This document shows positions 11,252-15,672 of a DNA stretch of 15,672 bases, piece by piece. Every line of letters starts with the position of its first letter. The stretch's first letter is position 1. The DNA comes from a virus. Its lineage: Duplodnaviria > Heunggongvirae > Uroviricota > Caudoviricetes. The notes below the pieces were generated by a model. It did not search any database and was not told where the DNA came from. It was given only the letters and a program-made list of their open reading frames with translations. Made by a program: the position numbers and the translations under genes. Where the stretch lies: the IMG/VR virus record IMGVR_UViG_2582580934_000010. One strand, 5' to 3'.

Positions 11252-11297
11252 TTGTTGTTGGGGATATCCAGATTAACCGAATCCTTGTTGTTGGGGA
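11252..11297. repeat. Two direct copies of TTGTTGTTGGGGA (11252-11264 and 11285-11297), 33 bp apart, immediately upstream of the 10722..11213 gene
   Basis: Exact 13-bp match read from the sequence; on the minus strand the motif is TCCCCAACAACAA. Confidence 0.7.
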
Positions 11298-11379
11298 ATA
11301 ACCAGGTCCACCTCGCCTGATGTGGCTAAAAGCAGGCACATAACAGCTAAGTATTTTCAACCAGAGAGAATCCTTAGCG

Positions 11380-11570
11380 TTGTGGTGAATGCGGCTCAGC
11401 GCACGCGGGTTAAGGTTGAGGCTGACAGTCGACCTTCTGTGGACACCCACCCGCCTGGTGTGCAACCTTCGCCAGGCACCGGGAGGCACCCGGCACCACA
11501 ACTTTATGCTGTGTGTAGTCCTGGCGGTACCAGTTTGTACCCTTGCTTCCGGCTGGTACCGTCCTTTTTT
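11380..11570 (+). ncRNA. Candidate structured RNA or leader element: GC-rich non-coding segment with several potential stems, ending in a terminator (stem CGGTACCAG/CTGGTACCG at 11525-11561 plus CTTTTTT at 11564-11570)
   Basis: No plausible protein in any frame (translations are Pro/Arg-rich). Local GC is clearly higher than in the flanks. Helices include GCGGG/CCCGC, CCTGG/CCAGG and CCGGG/CCCGG, with a terminal hairpin plus U-tract on the plus strand. Confidence 0.25.
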
Positions 11571-11571
11571 G

Positions 11572-11658
11572 CAAAACAGAGAAGAGCATCACCGGACGAC
11601 GGGCTCATAACCCAATCCATCCGGGCGGCTGCCACCGCAGGTGTTCTTCTCTGTTTTG
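11572..11658. repeat. 14-bp perfect inverted repeat CAAAACAGAGAAGA (11572-11585) / TCTTCTCTGTTTTG (11645-11658) bracketing a 59-bp GC-rich spacer, about 50 bp upstream of the yfdP-like start
   Basis: Read directly from the sequence. Confidence 0.7.
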
Positions 11659-11707
11659 TGGAGAAACCAACCGACCTTGCAGGGTCGATATGATGAGGAG
11701 CAGCAAA

Positions 11708-12070
11708 ATGGCTAGCGAACGCAGTACTGATGTGCAGGCATTTATCGGGGAGCTGGACGGCGGCGTATTTGAAACCAAAATCGGCGCAGTTCTCAGTGAG
11801 GTCGCTTCCGGTGTGATGAACACGAAAACCAAAGGGAAGGTCTCACTCAATCTGGAAATCGAACCGTTTGATGAGAACCGTGTGAAAATCAAACACAAAC
11901 TCTCATATGTTCGCCCAACTAACCGCGGGAAAATTTCCGAAGAAGACACCACCGAAACGCCGATGTATGTCAATCGCGGTGGTCGCCTGACTATTCTGCA
12001 GGAAGACCAGGGACAATTACTGACTCTTGCCGGTGAACCTGACGGAAAACTCCGCGCAGCAGGTCGTTAA
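11708..12070 (+). CDS. yfdP: Hypothetical protein, YfdP-like (120 aa); first gene of the int-proximal plus-strand operon
   Basis: The track ORF starts at 11543; I chose the ATG at 11708, preceded by GAGGAG with 7-nt spacing, which gives 120 aa MASERSTDVQAFIGELDGG.... Length and neighbours match the K-12 CPS-53 yfdP-Q-R-S-T series as recalled. Confidence 0.55.
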   Translation: MASERSTDVQAFIGELDGGVFETKIGAVLSEVASGVMNTKTKGKVSLNLEIEPFDENRVKIKHKLSYVRPTNRGKISEEDTTETPMYVNRGGRLTILQEDQGQLLTLAGEPDGKLRAAGR

Positions 12071-12135
12071 TATCGTTCGTAATAAACTGATTATTTATCT
12101 CATCACTGAATATCTTTATATAGTGAGGACTTATT

Positions 12136-12960
12136 ATGTCTCAGAACTTAGACGCAACCGCAATTAATCAAATCCATGCCCTTATTTCTGCTCAGGGTGT
12201 TAATGAAATTATCAGTAAGATTGGTGCCGATGCTGTGGCATTGCCTGAGAATTTCCGCATTCATGATCTGGAAAAATTTAATTTAAATCGCTTCCGTTTC
12301 CGTGGTGCGCTTTCCACTGCCAGCATCGATGACTTTACCCGTTATTCTAAAGATCTTGCAGATGAAGGCACCCGCTGCTTTATCGATGCTGATAATATGC
12401 GTGCCGTCAGTGTGCTTAACCTGGGTACTATTGATGAGCCAGGTCACGCAGATAACACTGCCACTCTCAAACTGAAAAAGACAGCACCGTTCTCTGCTCT
12501 GTTGTCTGTTAACGGCGAGCGTAACTCCCAGAAGTCACTGGCAGAATGGATCGAAGACTGGGCCGACTACCTTGTGGGCTTTGATGCTAATGGTGACGCC
12601 ATTCAAGCAACAAAAGCGGCTGCGGCAGTCCGTAAAATCACGATTGAAGCAAACCAGACCGCTGATTTTGAAGATAATGACTTCAGCGGCAAACGCTCCC
12701 TGATGGAGTCTGTCGAAGCGAAGACCAAAGACATTATGCCAGTGGCATTTGAATTTAAATGCGTTCCGTTTGAAGGTCTGAAAGAACGTCCGTTTAAATT
12801 ACGCCTCAGCATTATCACTGGCGATCGTCCTGTACTGGTTCTGCGCATTATTCAGCTGGAAGCGGTGCAGGAAGAAATGGCTAACGAATTTCGTGATCTG
12901 CTTGTTGAGAAATTCAAAGACAGCAAAGTAGAAACCTTTATTGGTACTTTCACCGCCTGA
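12136..12960 (+). CDS. yfdQ: Hypothetical protein, YfdQ-like (DUF2303), 274 aa
   Basis: ATG start with a GAGGA Shine-Dalgarno; length and context match YfdQ as recalled. Confidence 0.6.
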   Translation: MSQNLDATAINQIHALISAQGVNEIISKIGADAVALPENFRIHDLEKFNLNRFRFRGALSTASIDDFTRYSKDLADEGTRCFIDADNMRAVSVLNLGTIDEPGHADNTATLKLKKTAPFSALLSVNGERNSQKSLAEWIEDWADYLVGFDANGDAIQATKAAAAVRKITIEANQTADFEDNDFSGKRSLMESVEAKTKDIMPVAFEFKCVPFEGLKERPFKLRLSIITGDRPVLVLRIIQLEAVQEEMANEFRDLLVEKFKDSKVETFIGTFTA

Positions 12961-12972
12961 TTTCATTACTGC

Positions 12973-12999
12973 AAATGCCCCTGCGGGGGCATTTATGGA
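12973..12999 (+). terminator. Hairpin AAATGCCCC-TGCG-GGGGCATTT followed by ATTTAT; possible attenuator or terminator after the yfdQ-like gene
   Basis: GC-rich 9-bp stem 13 nt after the stop codon; the U-tract is short. Confidence 0.3.
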
Positions 13000-13087
13000 A
13001 ACGTAATTAACTCAATAATCACCGGATGGTGAGGGCTTCCTTTTACCAGAATTCAGCGCGGTGCAGTGCATATACGTGGAGAACAAA

Positions 13088-13624
13088 ATGTCATTTATTA
13101 AAACTTTTTCCGGGAAGCATTTTTATTATGACAAGATAAATAAAGACGACATCGATATTAACGATATCGCGGTTTCCCTTTCAAATATCTGTCGCTTTGC
13201 CGGTCATCTTTCGCACTTCTACAGCGTCGCCCAACATGCGGTTCTTTGCAGCCAGCTGGTGCCGCAGGAATTTGCTTTTGAAGCGTTAATGCATGATGCA
13301 ACAGAAGCGTATTGCCAGGACATTCCCGCACCACTGAAACGCCTTCTTCCTGACTATAAACGGATGGAAGAAAAAATAGACGCCGTAATCCGTGAGAAAT
13401 ACGGGTTACCCCCAGTTATGAGTACACCCGTGAAATATGCCGATCTCATCATGCTGGCAACCGAACGCCGCGATCTCGGGCTTGATGATGGCTCTTTCTG
13501 GCCTGTACTGGAAGGCATCCCGGCAACAGAGATGTTCAACGTGATTCCACTGGCACCGGGTCATGCCTACGGGATGTTTATGGAACGTTTTAACGATTTA
13601 TCGGAGTTACGCAAATGCGCATGA
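13088..13624 (+). CDS. yfdR: HD-domain phosphohydrolase, YfdR-like (5'-deoxynucleotidase family), 178 aa
   Basis: The internal ATG at 13088 has a GGAG Shine-Dalgarno and gives 178 aa. His...HD metal-binding signature (FAGHLSHF...LMHDATEAY). Confidence 0.65.
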   Translation: MSFIKTFSGKHFYYDKINKDDIDINDIAVSLSNICRFAGHLSHFYSVAQHAVLCSQLVPQEFAFEALMHDATEAYCQDIPAPLKRLLPDYKRMEEKIDAVIREKYGLPPVMSTPVKYADLIMLATERRDLGLDDGSFWPVLEGIPATEMFNVIPLAPGHAYGMFMERFNDLSELRKCA

Positions 13625-13977
13625 ATGTTTTCGAAATGGAAGGGTTTCTTCGCGGGAAATGTGTACCGCGAGATCTGAAAGTGAACGAAACAAATGCTGA
13701 GTACCTGTTACGTAAATTCGACGCGCTTGAAGCTAAATGTGCGGCACTGGAAAACAAAATAATACCAGTGTCAGCTGAACTGCCACCAGCAAATGAAAGT
13801 GTTCTGTTATTTGATGCTAATGGAGAAGGCTGGCTGATTGGCTGGCGTTCTCTCTGGTACACCTGGGGACAAAAAGAAACCGGAGAATGGCAGTGGACAT
13901 TTCAGGTCGGGGACCTTGAAAACGTCAATATCACTCACTGGGCAGTAATGCCAAAAGCACCGGAGGCTGGAGCATAA
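13615..13977 (+). CDS. yfdS: Hypothetical protein, YfdS-like (DUF551-type), 120 aa
   Basis: Overlaps the yfdR stop; Trp-rich C-terminus (GEGWLIGWRSLWYTWGQKETGEWQW); length matches YfdS. Confidence 0.55.
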   Translation: MRMNVFEMEGFLRGKCVPRDLKVNETNAEYLLRKFDALEAKCAALENKIIPVSAELPPANESVLLFDANGEGWLIGWRSLWYTWGQKETGEWQWTFQVGDLENVNITHWAVMPKAPEAGA

Positions 13978-14282
13978 TGACCACATTTACCAATAAAGAA
14001 CTGATTAAAGAAATCAAAGAACGAATCAGCAGCCTAGAGGTTCGAGACGATATTGAGCGCCGTGCTTATGAAATCGCACTCGTATCTCTGGAAGTAGAGC
14101 CAGATGAACGCGAAGCCTATGAATTATTCATGGAAAAGCGTTTCGGTGACTTAGTAGATCGTCGGAGAGTAAAAAACGGCGATAACGAATACATGGCATG
14201 GGATATGACTCTCGGTTGGATCGTCTGGCAGCAACGAGCTGGTATCCATTTTTCAACAATGACACAGCAAGAGGTGAAATAA
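13977..14282 (+). CDS. yfdT: Hypothetical protein, YfdT-like, 101 aa
   Basis: TAATG overlap with the yfdS stop; length and position match YfdT. Confidence 0.55.
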   Translation: MTTFTNKELIKEIKERISSLEVRDDIERRAYEIALVSLEVEPDEREAYELFMEKRFGDLVDRRRVKNGDNEYMAWDMTLGWIVWQQRAGIHFSTMTQQEVK

Positions 14283-14653
14283 TGGAGCCATACAGCCTCA
14301 CACTCGATGAGGCCTGTCAGTTTCTTAAGATATCCAGACCAACCGCCACCAACTGGATACGAACAGGCCGCCTACAGGCAACACGTAAAGATCCAACCAA
14401 GCCAAAATCTCCTTACCTCACAACACGGCAAGCTTGCATTGCGGCGCTTCAGTCTCCGCTGCATACTGTCCAGGTGAGCGCGGGTGATGGCATAACAGAG
14501 GAAAGAAAATGTCACTCTTCCGCAGAAATGAAATATGGTATGCCTCGTATTCGCTCCCGGGCGGGAAACGAATTAAGGAATCTCTTGGCACAAAGGACAA
14601 GCGGCAAGCTCAGGAGTTGCACGACAAGCGAAAAGCAGAACTCTGGCGAGTAG
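14282..14653 (+). CDS. Excisionase-like HTH protein (Xis/AlpA/TorI family); the 3' end overlaps the int start by 145 nt, so the functional length is uncertain
   Basis: The ATG at 14282 overlaps the yfdT stop and follows a GAGGTG Shine-Dalgarno. N-terminal HTH-like segment [30 protein letters not shown]; immediately upstream of the integrase. Confidence 0.5.
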   Translation: MEPYSLTLDEACQFLKISRPTATNWIRTGRLQATRKDPTKPKSPYLTTRQACIAALQSPLHTVQVSAGDGITEERKCHSSAEMKYGMPRIRSRAGNELRNLLAQRTSGKLRSCTTSEKQNSGE

Positions 14654-15672
14654 AAAAGCTAGGGGATTTACCTGATGTCACTTTTGAAGAGGCCTGCCTA
14701 AGATGGCTTGAGGAAAAAGCTGATAAAAAATCTCTCGATTCAGATAAAAGCCGGATTGAGTTCTGGCTTGAACATTTTGAGGGTATAAGGCTTAAAGATA
14801 TCTCGGAGGCAAAGATTTACTCTGCTGTAAGCAGAATGCATAACAGAAAGACGAAAGAAATATGGAAACAGAAAGTTCAGGCCGCCATCAGGAAAGGTAA
14901 AGAACCGCCTGTTTATGAACCAAAGCCAGTATCAACTCAGACAAAGGCAAAGCATCTTGCCATGATAAAGGCCATTCTCCGTGCTGCAGAACGCGACTGG
15001 AAGTGGCTGGAAAAAGCGCCTGTCATCAAGATACCAGCGGTCAGAAACAAGCGAGTCAGATGGCTGGAAAAGGAGGAAGCAAAACGCCTTATTGATGAGT
15101 GCCCCGAACCACTGAAATCTGTCGTCAAGTTTGCGCTGGCAACTGGTCTGAGAAAGTCGAACATCATAAATCTGGAATGGCAACAAATCGACATGCAGCG
15201 ACGAGTTGCCTGGGTGAATCCAGAAGAGAGCAAATCAAACCGCGCCATTGGTGTGGCGCTGAACGATACCGCCTGTAAAGTGTTGCGTGATCAAATAGGC
15301 AAGCATCACAAATGGGTGTTTGTACATACCAAGGCGGCTAAGCGAGCAGATGGAACATCAACGCCTGCGGTCAGGAAGATGCGCATCGACAGCAAGACAT
15401 CATGGCTATCAGCTTGTCGTCGTGCAGGAATTGAAGATTTCCGTTTCCATGACCTCAGACACACCTGGGCAAGCTGGCTGATCCAGTCAGGCGTCCCATT
15501 ATCTGTGCTTCAGGAAATGGGCGGATGGGAGTCCATAGAAATGGTTCGTAGGTATGCTCACCTTGCGCCTAATCATTTGACAGAGCATGCAAGGAAAATA
15601 GACGACATTTTTGGTGATAATGTCCCAAATATGTCCCACTGTGGAATTATGGAGGATATAAAGAAGGCGTAA
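14509..15672 (+). CDS. intD: Tyrosine integrase, P22/DLP12 IntD-like, 387 aa
   Basis: ATG with a GAGGA Shine-Dalgarno; N-terminus [34 protein letters not shown]; C-terminal catalytic signature HDLRHTWAS...MVRRYAHL (His-x-x-Arg and the Tyr nucleophile). Confidence 0.9.
   Translation: MSLFRRNEIWYASYSLPGGKRIKESLGTKDKRQAQELHDKRKAELWRVEKLGDLPDVTFEEACLRWLEEKADKKSLDSDKSRIEFWLEHFEGIRLKDISEAKIYSAVSRMHNRKTKEIWKQKVQAAIRKGKEPPVYEPKPVSTQTKAKHLAMIKAILRAAERDWKWLEKAPVIKIPAVRNKRVRWLEKEEAKRLIDECPEPLKSVVKFALATGLRKSNIINLEWQQIDMQRRVAWVNPEESKSNRAIGVALNDTACKVLRDQIGKHHKWVFVHTKAAKRADGTSTPAVRKMRIDSKTSWLSACRRAGIEDFRFHDLRHTWASWLIQSGVPLSVLQEMGGWESIEMVRRYAHLAPNHLTEHARKIDDIFGDNVPNMSHCGIMEDIKKA

Noticed and set aside
11252-11317. 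Type III toxin-antitoxin RNA (ToxI-like tandem repeats)
   Set aside because: Only two imperfect 33-nt units, where ToxI-type arrays have several near-identical repeats; no ToxN/AbiQ-like gene follows on the same strand.
10722-11501. Full 259-aa extent of the minus-strand ORF
   Set aside because: The N-terminal 88-96 residues read through the direct repeats (giving a duplicated SPTT peptide) and low-complexity sequence. The real start is more likely the internal GTG at 11237 or ATG at 11213.
11322-11693. 123-aa plus-strand ORF and the overlapping ORFs at 11389..11610 and 11410..11592
   Set aside because: Pro/Arg/Gly-rich translations of a GC-rich segment with no protein-like features; treated as non-coding (see the structured-element finding).
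11380-11707. Retron msr/msd or a tRNA/tmRNA gene
   Set aside because: No reverse-transcriptase ORF anywhere in the window; no T-loop-like GGTTCGAATCC motif or cloverleaf seen; the inverted repeats are not followed by a reverse-transcriptase gene.

Overview
The window is a defective DLP12-like lambdoid prophage, read from its tail-fibre end towards its integrase; the attachment site must lie just beyond 15672. All protein identifications rest on my recollection of phage lambda, phage 21 and E. coli K-12 prophage proteins, not on a database search. Left to right: two tail-fibre-assembly remnants flanking a SAM-methyltransferase moron; a truncated portal gene; intact lambda-type W, terminase A and Nu1 with an intact cos site; small ylcI/ybcW/ybcV-like genes; bor; a phage-21-type lysis cassette (pinholin, SAR endolysin, Rz/Rz1); an intact NmpC/OmpD-family porin moron; antiterminator Q; then a CPS-53-like yfdP-Q-R-S-T block ending in an excisionase-like gene and an IntD-like integrase. 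No head or tail genes and no recognisable cI/cro/N/O/P are present. The most unusual stretch is 10.6-11.7 kb, where the immunity region would normally sit: it holds an unrecognised coiled-coil plus zinc-ribbon protein, a pair of 13-bp direct repeats, a GC-rich structured non-coding segment ending in a terminator, and a 14-bp inverted repeat. I could not identify any known defence system, CRISPR array, tRNA or IS element. The ORF track uses GTG/TTG as well as ATG starts, so several starts were re-assigned.
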